From Chiloscyllium plagiosum (Eukaryota): 43,844 bases of DNA. A model generated the notes under the pieces. It saw only the letters and a program-made list of their open reading frames with translations, searched no databases and had not been told where the DNA came from. Below, in pieces: positions 1 through 12,514 of the stretch. How positions within the stretch are numbered: position 1 is the stretch's first letter; each line of letters starts with the position of its first letter. The position numbers and the translations under genes were made by a program. Where the stretch lies: NCBI RefSeq assembly GCF_004010195.1, contig NC_057719.1:36490585-36534428 (forward strand), in the 5' to 3' direction.

Positions 1-439
1 TCCTAGTCAGAAAATGTACTCTTTAAGCTACTAAGAGCAATAACTATGTATTACTTAAAGTACAAACTGATCTCAAATTATTATTCACCCTCCCTTTCTT
101 GTGTATTACTCTATGCATTAGCAACTATTCTTTACATGTAAAGTGCTTTGCAAGATAGCTTGCTTTTAGCTTAACTCACAAATAAACATTGATCCAAAAG
201 TGCAGTGCTATTTAATTATTCCATTTAAAATATCAACGAAATAGTCAAGGGCTATAAATGGGAATCACCAGGTCATTTCATTTCATATTGCTACCAGATG
301 CTTCAATAACATAACTAGATAAGTGAAGAGGATACTCATAGCACATAACTTCACTATGTTTTGTCAACTCAACATTATTTCACTTCCTTGAGGTTTTCAA
401 TGCCTGGTTGTAACGACTTTTAGCAGCAGTATGTTGTTT

Positions 440-565
440 GATAGGGGCCCAATGCAGTTTGGAGAGCACAGAGATAACAGGGGAACAGAACTTGCTGTGA
501 CTTAAGGCTGGGGCAACAGAATTTTACAAGATCTCAAATTTGATGACAGTAGAATGTGGGATACT
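440..565 (-). mobile_element. old L2-like LINE fragment
   Basis: ggcaacagaattttacaagatctcaaatttgatgacagtagaatgtggga resembles the antisense of an L2 ORF2 C-terminal region; recognition only. Confidence 0.35.
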
Positions 566-1255
566 TCAAGCTCAGCGAGCTAACTTACATACTTGTCATC
601 AACCTGAACTGCAAATCTTCTCAAAAATCACTAATATGGGATACATCTGCAAAGTGCAGAACTCAACTTCTACTTTTCACACAGTGTTCACTTCCCAAAC
701 TAGACAGAATTTATTTGAAGAAATACTTTATTTTTATTACCATTTTCCTTTGAAATATCACACATTTAGATTGACTTTTGAAACAGCATAAAATCAAAAT
801 GTAATCGCACAGCAGAAAGTAGTTGTGTTGATTGTATCTGCGCTGACATACGAAATAGCAATGTACTTAACTTTATACCTCCCTGTCATTTCCACACATC
901 CTTTATAGAATTTGTGCCAAATGTAATTAATTTTTAAAATTCTCATACCATATTAAATAATTGTTTCAATTCATTGAAAGCAACAAATCAGAAGACTTTT
1001 CCATTTATAGGCAGTGTTATTTTAAAGTACTCAAACTAAACCAACACCGATCTTAAATTGATCCTGCCATTTATCAGGTTCCAACAAAATATTATTTCTG
1101 AATATATAGTGCAAAGTAATATCTGCAAATTGTGGAAGTTAGTTCAAGGGTGAAGTAACTAAATGGTATTAAAAGAAATACTGAACCTCATATGCTTAAT
1201 ACACACAAATAATAAAGAAAAAATGGAAGTATTTAAGGAAAATAAATAACTTGCT

Positions 1256-1296
1256 TTTATTTTCAGCAAATAATTCATAGTTTATTTGATTTTATT
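1256..1296 (-). promoter_or_regulatory. candidate WDR25 polyadenylation signal cluster
   Basis: three minus-strand AATAAA hexamers (plus TTTATT at 1256, 1281, 1291) about 0.8 kb past the stop; AT-rich context, so weak evidence. Confidence 0.35.
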
Positions 1297-2107
1297 TTTA
1301 TATAGTCAGCTTCAACAATTAACAGTCATACTTTTCACAGAACAATAATTGAATCTGGTTATCTTGATTTTCAGATCAGACCAACAGGCATGTGGTTGAC
1401 CTTTCTGCTCTTCAATTTGTTTAATCAACGTTTAGCTGTAAGTTCTGGTTAGCATTTCCAGAGAGTGTTGTGCAAGCTAATCAAAATAGCACAAAAATGG
1501 ATTCACAAGTATTGACTATTTTAAAATATTATCCTATTGGAACCTGATAAATTGTGATAATGATATTGGAAACAGGATGATTGCATGTTGACTGTTATAA
1601 ATACATGTGGCATCATTCTTTTGATGTTATTGATACAATCATAGGATTCACTACAAAATCAAATATACACAAATCAGACAACTTGTTTAATACTGTAATC
1701 TGAAAGGTCATAGCTTGATTTACTTCTTCAGTGCTTTTTGAAACATTAAATAATCACTAAATGATAGTGATACTCCACAACATGCCCACAATTTATGTGT
1801 AAAGAACAATGTAGATATTTCAGATGTCTAATACCTTCCTTACAGCTACAAGAGGCTGGACATATTGGCCACAATGCATAAGTGCATTAATTGCACTAAT
1901 CTAGTGTGCAGAGACCTGAGCATTGTCTGATACTCATACCTGTTGTTAACCCAATAAATATTGCTGAATTAATCAGCAGATAAAGGGAAATGAAGACTGC
2001 ACTTTGTTGGTACTGTGGACAACTGTGACTTGTTTTGTAATTCAGGGACAGAATAATCAATGATAATGCACAATTGCTCCTCAAATACAGCTGCAATTTA
2101 CAGGTCA

Positions 2108-2329
2108 TCACTGCCATACTTTGACTTCTCCACCCCAATCACAGGTTGCAATAATAGATGGGTGCACAGGGTGAAATGAAACATCAATGCAGGCCTCCTT
2201 GTGGGCTGGCAAGGTTTGAATTAGATTTGAATTCAGATAGTTGTAAAAGCACAGTGTCCCATCAGCACTTCCTGTGGCAATTATAGTCCCATCAGGTGAA
2301 AATTCACAGCCCACTCCATATCCTTCCAC
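2108..2329 (-). CDS. WDR25: WDR25 last coding exon with TGA stop
   Basis: ttttacag|GTG GAA GGA...; VEGYGVGCEFSPDGTIIATGSADG...HPVHPSIIATCDWGGEVKVWQ*, the terminal WD40 repeats of WDR25. Confidence 0.96.
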   Translation of the reverse strand: MEGYGVGCEFSPDGTIIATGSADGTLCFYNYLNSNLIQTLPAHKEACIDVSFHPVHPSIIATCDWGGEVKVWQ

Positions 2330-3287
2330 CTGTAAAATAGAGAAAGAAAATTAATTTATCAAGTATAATGATAATAAACCCTGGTCATTGCAAATGTTTT
2401 TCTATTAAGAGTTATTTGTATTGAAACAAATTTTTACAATTTGGCTCGAGATCTGCAATGTGCAAAGCCAACTCTGAGCACTGATGTTGTTAAGTCTTGA
2501 TCTGTCACAAGGCATCCAAATAAAAAAAGAGAAAGTTTGGAAACTTAAGCTCCATAGGTAGGTGAAATGGTTCAAGATTCAGAATCATTATCAGTATTCT
2601 TGTCTCCATCATAAGATCATAAATTAGGCTGTTCGTTGATCATTTCACAATGTTCAGCTCTATTCATATGAAGTAGCCCACGCAACAAGAATAAGCAACA
2701 ACAACATTTAGGTTGCTGCTTCTATGTTAACATGTGTCACACAAATGTCAGGCCAATTCCAACAAGAGAGAGCAGAACAACAGTTTGCATTTATGTAGCA
2801 CATTTATATCATAAAATGTGGTCCGGGACTTCACAAAAGCGATTATTCATCAGATAGGCTGTTCCAATTACACATGCATATGCACATATTTTAAGGAAAA
2901 TTAGCATGGATTGTGCACATATATATTGGGCACAGCATTTCAAAAGTGAATGAACAAGAATGAAGGAAAGGTGGATAAAAACAAGGATAAGAAAGAAATA
3001 ATGACAGCAAGGAGCAAAGAGAAGGGAAAACAGTACAGCAATTAGAAACAATGCAGAGTGAAAAGAAAGAAGAAAAATATTTCATAAAATACCACCACAG
3101 AAATAAAATTTAAAAAGCACAAGTATAACACAGAAATCAAAGGAAAAAGAAATACAAAAATCATGAATGGGTCAAAAAAAATAGTTTTCACTGAAGTTCT
3201 GTGAGCATAGATTTGAAAACAATTGCTTAAATTTTCCAGCCTTCACTTTGTTGGGGACTGGATGTGTGACCCAGAATATGTGTCATA

Positions 3288-4099
3288 CTTCAATGAGCCA
3301 ACACACACTGCAGCCCAGAGGAACTATGCAGGGCAGAGGAAAATCACCTATACCGTGTATTCAAAAAGAATGGGTACCCAATGAACACAGTCTGCCCATT
3401 TCTCAGCAGCAAACCCAAACAAGCAGACAAAACATATCCAGAAACCCTAGCCACTCTCTCCTACATCAAAGACATCTCAGAAATGACTGCCAGACAACTC
3501 AGACCTCTTGGCATCATGGTAGCCCACAAACCCACCAACACACTAAAGCAATAGCTAATGAACTTGAAAGATCCTGTACAGACAACAAGCAAAACTAATG
3601 TCATTTACAAAATACTGTGCAAGAACTGTAACAAACACTACATTGGACAAACAGGCAGAAAACTAGCCACCAGGATAAATGAACACCAACTAGCCACAAA
3701 ATGACATGTCCTTCTCTCACTAGTATCCTTACATAAAGCTAAGGAAGGATACCACTTCGACTGGGACAACACATCCAGTTTAGGACAAGCCAAACAGAGA
3801 CACGCACGAGAATTCCTATAGCATGGCATTCTATCAGCAAACACATTAAGTTAGATCCCATCTACTACCCCCTGAGAAAAGGAACAGGAATTGACATCAC
3901 CACAGGAAATGACATCACCAACCCAAAGAAACCCAAACATATAAATAAAAAGCAGGAATCATGTATACTGCTTCGTCTGAAGCCCACTGAAAATGTTATA
4001 TAATAGGGTGATGAAACGTCTGGAAATGAACCTCCCAGCTCAGTGAGCAAACCTACATCCAGAATCTCAATCTGAGCTACAAATCTTCTCAAAACTCAC
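3288..4099 (+). mobile_element. 5'-truncated Penelope-like element (Poseidon-type), RT C-terminus plus GIY-YIG endonuclease, frameshifted
   Basis: HLYRVFKKNGYP..., NVIYKILCKNCNKHYIGQTGRKLATRINEHQ; homologous to 17690-18340 and 33432-33905; hammerhead-like motif in the 3' end. Confidence 0.85.
3984..4023 (+). ncRNA. degenerate minimal type I hammerhead ribozyme (PLE-associated)
   Basis: cca-CTGAAAA-(stem II)-GAAAC-GTC-tgg; stem I CCA/TGG; core G8 mutated. Confidence 0.6.
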
Positions 4100-4510
4100 C
4101 AAATGTTATTTTCTATGCTTTATCAAATAAACTAAGGCAAATGCTTTCAAAACAAGGGGTGGTAAAATACAAAAAGCGCAGAAATTTCAGAAGATATTTG
4201 AACAGCCTGAACTCTGTTCCCAATGTCTTTTCCAGACCTGAATGAGATAAAACTGTTATTTGTGCCCGTAGTTCCAATAACCAAATTCTGTTCTATGAAG
4301 TTCCTGTCGTCTATGAAATTACATTCACAGAAAAAGGTGAGAAATGATTTCAGATAATAAGAAATCAGTAGCAAGGGCATTCTTCCCTCCCTCAGAGCTT
4401 GTTTTGTGATTTAGGAACATCACAGCTGATCTTGTAACAAAGCTATACATTTAAGAACTATCCTTATACCTTTCGATTCTCTTAATACTCAAATATCTGT
4501 TAATGTGTGA

Positions 4511-4642
4511 TGTTATAAAGAGATGGGCTTACTGTACCGTTAAGAGAATTAAAAGTTACCTGACAGCACCAAGTGTTCTGAATAAGATACAATGTAACAT
4601 ATAGTCTAGCTACTGAGGTAGCTAGGGTAGCTGGTTGCCTGG
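4511..4642 (+). repeat. partial LTR (5' about 130 bp) of the Gypsy element
   Basis: starts TGTTATA and aligns to the start of the full LTR at 4768 (shared cctgacagcaccaagtgttctgaataagat). Confidence 0.8.
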
Positions 4643-4767
4643 TATATGGGAAGAAATTAAGGTGAACTTAGATTAAAGTTATCTGTATCAAGGGTAATGT
4701 GTTTAAAAAAAAGAAAAATAGCCATTTTTTTTCATTATGATGGTTCATTTCTTCTTAAGAGGGGACG

Positions 4768-5486
4768 TGTTATGAAGATGTGGCGTACTGTACCTTTAAG
4801 AGAGTTAAAAGCTAGCAGAACTACCTGACAGCACCAAGTGTTCTGAATAAGATTCAGTGTAACATGTGGTCCACCTACTGGGGTAGCGAGGGTAGCTGTT
4901 TGCCTGGAGGCAGAAACAGATTCGAATTAGGCCAGTCAGTTTAAATTATACCCCGAAAAACACCAAATTCCAATCAAGTTTGAATTTAGTATATCGACAA
5001 TCTTAAAAACCAATGGCACAATCTGATGCTGTGGGGGTATAAGACTGGGGAAAATTGAATAGTTGGGAGGAGAACTGCCATGCCACTAACATGCAGAGAT
5101 TGCCCAAAAAATAGTTCTCTTAAAGGTACCTTTATCAATCCATGACCTGTGAAGCATAATCTCTAAGAAGAAGAAAAGAAGATACAGGAAGATACAAATA
5201 GAAGATTCAACAGCTGGCTGGTTTTGAAAACTTGAATTTTTGGTAAATCTTAATTAGGAGATTTTATCAGACTAACATTATAGAAGGGAAAATAAAAGAT
5301 AGGTTAGAGGAAGGGGTTGTAAATAATTGTTAGTTCGTTATTCTCTGTTATACTTTAAGAAGTAAAGTTTTATTTTTTTATTTAAATAGTTCTTGGCCTC
5401 TCGAATTTTCAGATTGCTGCATGGGATAAATCTTTTCTGTGTTACTCATGTAAATTAAGGAGGAGAGTTTACCCAGTGTCATAACA
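4768..5486 (+). repeat. full LTR of Gmr1-like Gypsy retrotransposon
   Basis: TGTTATGA...TCATAACA 8-bp terminal inverted repeat; preceded by PPT aagagggga; followed by a degenerate tRNA-Pro-like PBS (cggggctcatcatcaggatt vs TGGGGGCTCGTCCGGGAT). Confidence 0.85.
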
Positions 5487-5663
5487 GCTTCGGGGCTCAT
5501 CATCAGGATTTCAACTGGTGTAGAAAGATTTGAATAGATTTGGGGGTATGAAAAATACCAGCAGATTTAAACACTTGCAGGTTAGTGTCCTAGATCTTTA
5601 AATAAAACATAGGTGAGGTAATTTGTTTAATTTCGGTGACTTGCGGTTGATTAAGTGAGAGAA

Positions 5664-8600
5664 ATGGCTCTTAAAATTGCTGAAGAGGTTCTGGGATTTG
5701 AAGGTGATTCTCAAATTTGCCAATAAAGTTTAGAAGGAAAGAAAAAGGCCATACTTTTAGAATTAGCAAATACGTTAGATTTGGGTTTCACCAAGGACAA
5801 AAGTAAAGCTGAAATTGTAAGGAATTTACTCAAACACTAAGGTGTGTCAGAAAAACAGACAAGTGCAGTAGAGGTAGAAAAACATCAATCACAATTGAGG
5901 AAAATGGAGTTAGAAGATAAACAAACGGAAACAGAAAGAGAGAGAGAAGAAAGAGCGACAGAAAAAAGAGAGACAGAGGTTCTTAGCTGAGCAAAGAGAG
6001 GCAGAAGAAAGGGAGAGAGAAAGAGAAAGAGAATTTGAACTTAGTCAGCAAAATTAGATTAACAGGGTGGAAATTAAGAGAAAAGGTAGTGGATATATAT
6101 ATAAATATGTCAAAACTCTGCCACATTTTGATGAAAAAGATGTTGAAGCCTTCTTTATTTCATTTGAAAAATTGGTTAGGCAGATGGAGTGGTTCAAGGA
6201 TTTATGAGTAATACCAGTTCAGACTAAACTGGTAGGCAGAGCAAGTGAGGTATTTGCCGCAATGTCAGATGAGGTGTCAAGAGATTATGAAGAGGTTAAA
6301 CAGGCTATTTTAAGTGCTTATGAATTGGTACCAGAATCAGTAAGACAGTGGTGCAGAAACACAAAGAAGGAACCAAGTCAGACTTATGTTGAGTTTGAAA
6401 GAATTAAACATAGTCATTTTGATTAATGGGTGCGTGTTATGAAAATAGATAGGACCTTTGAGGCTCTAAGAGAGATTATTCTGCTGGAGGAGATTAAAAA
6501 CTCACTTCCAGAAATGGTAAGAATTCACATGGAGGAAAAGAAAGTTCAGGAAGTGAGAAGGACAGCAGAATTGGCAGATGAGTACATGTTGGTGCATAAG
6601 ACAAGCGTCCGGCCAGAATTTCGTCCTGTGGGGGATGGAAGTTGGGAGAAGGGGAGATCCTACACTACAAAACCAAGAGTAAAGTGCACTGGTAAGAATT
6701 TACCACAGGATAAAAAAGAAGCCAAGAGGGTGGACAGGAGGTGAAAGGCCTCATGTGTTTTCACTGTAATGGAGTGCGACACGGAAAATTACTGTGCTGG
6801 TGGGTACAGAAGGGCACTGGGAAAAAGTGCCTTCACTGCCAGAAAGTGGGACACGTAAAGTCACAGTGCTGAAGGTTAAAGAAAGGCACTGTGGGAAAAC
6901 ATGTGGTAAAAGAAGCTAAGCCACTGGCATTAGTGAAGGTAGTAAAGGAGACCCCAAGAAGAGTCATGGAGTTGCAGGAGAGTGCACAGCCTAGGCAGGG
7001 GCTGGGTATGGAATTAGTACCTGACCTCCACAAAGAATTTTCCTCTGTGAGTAAAGTTTACTCAGAAAGAACAGGGGCAGAAGGACAAGAAGTTATACTT
7101 TTGAGAGATACAGGATCTAACCAGTAACTGATAGTAAGGGATTAGTGAATATATAGTCTTTCTGATCAGTTACCCGAGAGTGCAGTAATTCGTGGAATAG
7201 ATGGACAGAAATTTAGCATTCCCCTATGTAAGATCAGGTTGGATTGCCAGCTCAAGACTGGGGAAGTTAAAGTGGAAGTGATTGACAGAGTGTCAGTTCC
7301 AGGAATTCAGTTTGTTCTTGGGAATGATTTGGCAGGATCCAAAGTAGGAGTGACACCCCTTGTTGTGGAGAACCCCAAGGAAGACCAATAAACAGTGGAG
7401 ATAAAACAGAAATATTCTGGTATTTTCCAAGATTGTGTGGTAACAAGATCCCATTATCATAAGTTACAGCACGAGGCGAAAAGAGAAAGGTGAAAGCGTC
7501 GAGGTTCAGTTAGTGGATACCCTGTTTGACGTAATAGTGCAGAAAAACCTGAAGAGGCAGAGGGTCAGACAGAAGTGTTTGGTCCTGAAAGACTAAGAGA
7601 CTTGCAACAGCAAGACAAGATGATATCAGATATGTATGTAGATGCATATTCTGAAAAGGAGGCAGAGAATATTCTGGAGGGTTATTATCTGAAAAATTGA
7701 ATCCTACGGCAGAAATGGAGACCATGGCAGGTTAGTGCAGAGGAGAAACGGGCTGAAGTACACCAGATTATGTTGTTGGTAGCATACAGACAGGAAGTGT
7801 TATGGGTAGCACATGGACTACCTGTATGAGGTCACCTAGGGGTACGAAAGACTCAGGCTACGGTACAAAAACATTTAATTGGCGTGGAATGCACAAGGAT
7901 GTGGTTACCTTTTGCCATACATGTCATACATACCAAATGGTAGGTAAGCCACAGGCAGTAATAAAACCATCACCTTTGTTGCCAATTCCCACATCTGATG
8001 AACCTTTCACGCGGGTTATAATTGATTGTGTCGGTTCCCTCCCAAAAACTATAAGTGGGAACCAGTACTAGTTAACCATAATGGATGTGTCCAGCAGATT
8101 TCTGGAGGCAATTCCATTACGGAGTATCAAGGCAAAAAAGGTGATAGAGGAGTTAGTAGCTTTCTTCACACGGTATGGGCTACCCAGAGAGATTCAGTTG
8201 GACCAAGGGTCAAATTTTACTGCTAGGCTGTTTAAGGAGGTTATGGATAGCTTAGGTATACAGCACTTTAAATCCATTGTATATCATCCTGAATCCCAGG
8301 GAGCTTTAGAAAGCTGGCATCAAACCTTGAAGACTATGTTGAGAGCATTCTGTCAGGATTACCCGAATTATTGGGATAAAGGTATCCCATTCGTATTTTC
8401 TGCCATTAGTGACCCCCCAAATTGATTGACGCAGTTCACTCCCTTTCGGTCATGAACTGAGAGGCCCTTTGAAATTAATCAAAGAAAAATTGACAGGCCC
8501 AAAGTCGGAGATCTCACACTTAGATTTTGTATCAGAGGTGAGGGAGAGACTAAATCAAGTAGGTGAGTTAGCTAAACAGCACCTAATGAGAGCATAACAT

Positions 8601-9285
8601 AGAATGAAGTGATTAAAAAAATGAACAAGTCCTTGAGGAGTGGTATAGGTTAGTAAGCTATCTGTCTCAGGAGCATAGAACGCAGTTTGAAGATTTGTTA
8701 CATTAGTATAAGGACGTATGTAAGAAACAGATGGGGAGGACTAATGTTATTGTACATAAAGTAGACGTAGGGAATACTGCTCCGATAAAACAGTACCCCT
8801 ATCTGCTTAATCCTTTCAAAGCCAGACAGGTCCAGATGGAGGTGGAGGCCATGTTTGACGAGGACATCATCGAACCAAGCCAGAACGATCATCCTAGTTC
8901 CCAAACCGGATGGGATTCAATGATTCTGCATGGATTATCAAAAGGACAATGCCGTTTGCGTGGTTACTGGCAGGTACCTTTATTAGAGATGGCGAAAGAA
9001 ATTTCTGCATTTGTAACTCCAAATGGGCTATATCAGATTAAAATGATGCCCTTTGGAATGAAGAACGCACCTGCCACATTCCAAAGACTCATGAACAGAG
9101 TTGTGGCTGGGTTAATAAACTGTGCAGTCTATTTGGACGATGTAGTGATCTTTAGTAAGTCCTGGAAAGATCACATGGTACAGTTGGCAGAGCTCTTTGA
9201 ACGACTATGAGAAGCAAAACTGGTGATAAATTTAAATAACACTGAATTCACGAAAGCAGAGGTGATGTTCTTGGGACATGTTATA
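5664..9285 (+). mobile_element. decayed gag-pol of Gmr1-like Ty3/Gypsy element, order gag-PR-IN-RT, RNase H deleted
   Basis: SCAN-like capsid (LREIILLEEIKNSLP...AELADEY), two CCHC knuckles near 6755-6870, protease LRDTGS near 7100, integrase HHCC and D,D,E (IIDCVG, DQGSNF, YHPESQGALE) near 7810-8425, RT MPFGMKNAPATFQR and YLDD near 8950-9285; many stops and frameshifts. Confidence 0.9.
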
Positions 9286-9416
9286 TATACACAGGTATAT
9301 GGGAAGAAGTTAAGGTGAACTTAGATTAAAGTTATCTGTATAAAGGGTAATGTGTTTAAAAAAAGAAAAAAGCCATTTTTTCATTATGATGGTTCATTTC
9401 TTTTTAAGAGGGGATG

Positions 9417-9530
9417 TGTCATGAATATGTGGGCGCACTGTACCTTTAAGAGAGTTAAAAGCTAGCAGAACTACCTGACAGCACCAAGTGTTCTGAATAA
9501 GATGCAGTGTAACATGTGGCCTACCTATTA
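9417..9530 (+). repeat. truncated 3' LTR of Gypsy element
   Basis: PPT aagagggga then TGTCATGAA, matching the first about 110 bp of the 4768 LTR; similarity ends near 9530. Confidence 0.85.
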
Positions 9531-10206
9531 GTGGAGGGCAACTAGAGAGGAAGAAGCTGAAGGTCTGGAGGCCATCCTTTGAGGTATGGACATATATAAG
9601 GACTGCCAGTAAGCACTGAGCCCTGGAGCAGCGCATGAGCTGTGAGCCCCTGAATACCACAAGGGCTATGAGCCCCAGAACAGGGCAAACAGCGAGCCCT
9701 GGTCAAGTGCATGCAGTGAGCCCTGGTACAGTGCGTACAGAAAGCTCTAGTTCAGCACGTGGGCTGCAAGCCCCGGAACAGCGTGTGGGGAAGAAGTCCT
9801 GCAGCACCACGGAGGATTGAGTCCCAGGCAGAGAAGGGCGCAGGGGAGGGAGTCCTGGAATTTACCTGGAATAGCTGAATGTTGGTATGGAGTGTTCTAG
9901 GGCTTTGGGAGGAGCAGGGACGGCTGTTGGACTGGGTTCTGGTGCAGGCGGTCAGACCACGTGTGCTGGCCCTGCACTGAGCTGCTATACTAATGTCTAT
10001 TAGAAATTTCCTACGTTATTGTAATGTCAACCCTTTAATGATGTCTTATTTTTAACTTATTTTTCAACTCTGTAAATAATGCAACTACTTTTATTCCTCT
10101 GCTGTATTTGTATACAGATACTTGTATCGGAGATGTTGGCATAACAAGGCAGACATTGTAAAAGCTTTTCACTGTACTCCTATAATGGAGTGCACGTGAC
10201 AATAAA
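9531..10206 (+). mobile_element. non-coding SINE-like element with internal about 25-bp tandem array and LINE-type 3' tail
   Basis: GAGCCCYGG-core repeats at 9617-9860; ends aaagcttttcactgtactcc-tataat-ggagtgcacgtgacAATAAA, the same tail type as 36868-36905. Confidence 0.5.
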
Positions 10207-10448
10207 AGAATATTGTAAATCGCTAAACTCCTATCTGAGACTCTTAATTCTAGACTCAACATCCTAATGGAAATATTCTCTCAGCATCTATCTTGTCAAG
10301 CTCTTAAACATTTTATATGTTTCTATAAGATTATATCGTATTCTTCAAAACTCCAGAGAAAATCAACCTAATCTACTGCATCAATCCTCATTTTACAAAC
10401 TTCATCCCGTTATCAGTCTGGTGAATCTTTGCTGCATTCCTTTTAAAT

Positions 10449-10786
10449 CAGTGCTTCCAAAACTATTTTTCCATTGTGATTGCATTTCAGAGCTTTTGCA
10501 TTAGCACCATATCAGAGTTTTGAGAGATGGTGGGGGAGTGGTGATTATGAGAACTGGGAAAGGATCTCTCTCCCAAGTGCCACATGTTAATTATTGCTGA
10601 TTGAAATTCCAGTGGATCTCGCGATAACCAGCCAGAGTTTTGCCACACAGCACACCAGAAAGTTGTAGTTCAATCAATGTTGCCCAATGCTGTACAGTTA
10701 TTATTATAGCCTCAGATTTTGCAACCCCAAATTTTCATTCCCTTACCAGACTCTGGCAGTCATGACACACTTTTTGAAAATCTCTG
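10449..10786. mobile_element. probable hAT/Charlie-type MITE
   Basis: left end CAGTGCTTCCAAAACT, right end reverse-complements to CAGAGATTTTCAAA; interrupts a CR1 remnant; 8-bp TSD is degenerate. Confidence 0.45.
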
Positions 10787-11804
10787 ATCTAAGGTAATTG
10801 TAACTTTGCTTAGGTGAAGAATAAAATTGTCTTCAAAATTCGAGATATATGTCACAAAGATTACATACAACTGAATATACTTCCCAAGAAAATACAGATG
10901 GGCAATAAATTGCCTACCAACTGACAGCCGCATGCGATGAATAAATGAAAAAATCTCAATCGTTTTGTAAGAAAAGCTAATATACTGTTTACTATTCTGT
11001 TTGAATGCTCTACCTGCATTTTAACTTTATGATTCATGTCAAGCACATCCATCTGGATCCCTCTGAGATATCAATGTTTCCCATCTCTCACTCTGTAAAA
11101 CATTCTGCTTTTCTATCTGACCGACCAAAGTGGATAACTCATAGCTCCCCACATGATAACCATTTAACCTGTCTAAAATCCTTTTTCTGACGCTTAGAGT
11201 CCTCCTCATAGACTATTTTCAACTTAACGTATAATTATCAATACATTACAGTTGGCCCCTCATCCACGACACTTATTTAGATTGTGAATGGCTGAGACCC
11301 AAATACTGATGCTTGTGGTAGCCTATTCATTATAGCTACTAATCAAAAGTGACTTACTTATTCCTGCACTCTGTTTCTTTCTGAAGATTCTTCCGATCTT
11401 CAATCTACGCGAACAAATTGTCAATCGCATGAGCCACACTTTCTTAGAATAACATGAAGCACCTTAATGGTTGCAATTTGAAAAGCCAAATACATTATAT
11501 TTATAACATTGGTTCCCCCTTACCTCCTCCACAAATTTCATCCTCAAATTTGTTAAATATTATCTTCATTTCATAAATTAATGCTGACTCTGAGAATCAT
11601 AACAAGGTTGGCCAAATAGAGCAGTTACAATGTTTCTAAAAACAGATTCCAGCATTTTGCGTACTACCACTGATATTATAGTAAGTGGCTTATAATTTTG
11701 TGCTCTCTGCTTTCCTCCTTTTTTTGAGTGATAGGGTTACCTTTGTTACTTTCCAAATCCATGGGTGCAATTACAGAATCTAGGGAATTTTGAAAGATCA
11801 ATAT

Positions 11805-12310
11805 CAAATAAGACCATAAGACCTAGGGGAAGAAATTAGGTCATTCAGCCCATTGAGTTTGCTCCTCTGTTCAGTCATGGCTGACAAGTTTCTCATCCCC
11901 ATACTTCCACTCTCTCCCTTGATACTCCAGCACCTATCGACCTCAGTCTTGAATATGCTCAATGATCTGGCATCCACAGCCTTCTGTGACAATGAATTCC
12001 ATAGATTCACCACTCTCTGGCTAAAAACATTTCTCCTTATTTCCATTCTAAAAGGTCTTCCCTTTACTCTAAGGCAATGCCCTCAGGTCCTAGTCTCGTC
12101 TATCAATGGAAACATCTTCCCAATATCTACACTGTCCAGGCCATTCAGTATTTTGTATGTTTCAATTAGATCCCCTCCCTTATCCTTCTAAACTCCATAT
12201 AGACCCAGAGTCCTCAAACGTAACTCATAGGTTAAGCTTTTCATTCCTGGGACCATTTGCATGAACCTCCTCTAAATACACTCCAAGGCCAGTATGTCCT
12301 TCCTGACACA
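11805..12310 (-). mobile_element. CR1 LINE 3' end
   Basis: ORF MEIRRNVFSQRVVNLWNSLSQKAVDARSLSIFKTEVD is the CR1 ORF2 C-terminus; more decayed CR1 pieces at about 10230-10440, 11020-11800 and 13190-13520. Confidence 0.85.
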
Positions 12311-12514
12311 ATAAATTGTGTACAATAAATTGGCCCACCTCTTTTAAAGCTTTTGGCTGTGGGCTATCAAGGCAAAGGACTTTTGCATTTTTAAATAAAA
12401 ATCTATCTCCTCATTAAATTTACACAATGCCCTGGCACCTACCACACAGTAGAGTAGTGAATTCCACACAACTCATCTTAAAACTGTACCCATAATTCTA
12501 GATTGCCCCCACTC

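Noticed and set aside
2105..2110. Tandem TGA TGA at the WDR25 end as possible selenocysteine or readthrough
   Set aside because: The stop falls at the position of the known WDR25 C-terminus and no SECIS was recognised.
2809..3185. Hydrophobic ORFs resembling membrane proteins
   Set aside because: Antisense translation of an A/G-rich low-complexity tract.
9617..9860. Repeat-spacer pattern superficially like a CRISPR array
   Set aside because: Vertebrate intron, short degenerate core, spacers related to each other, no cas genes; a diverged tandem repeat.
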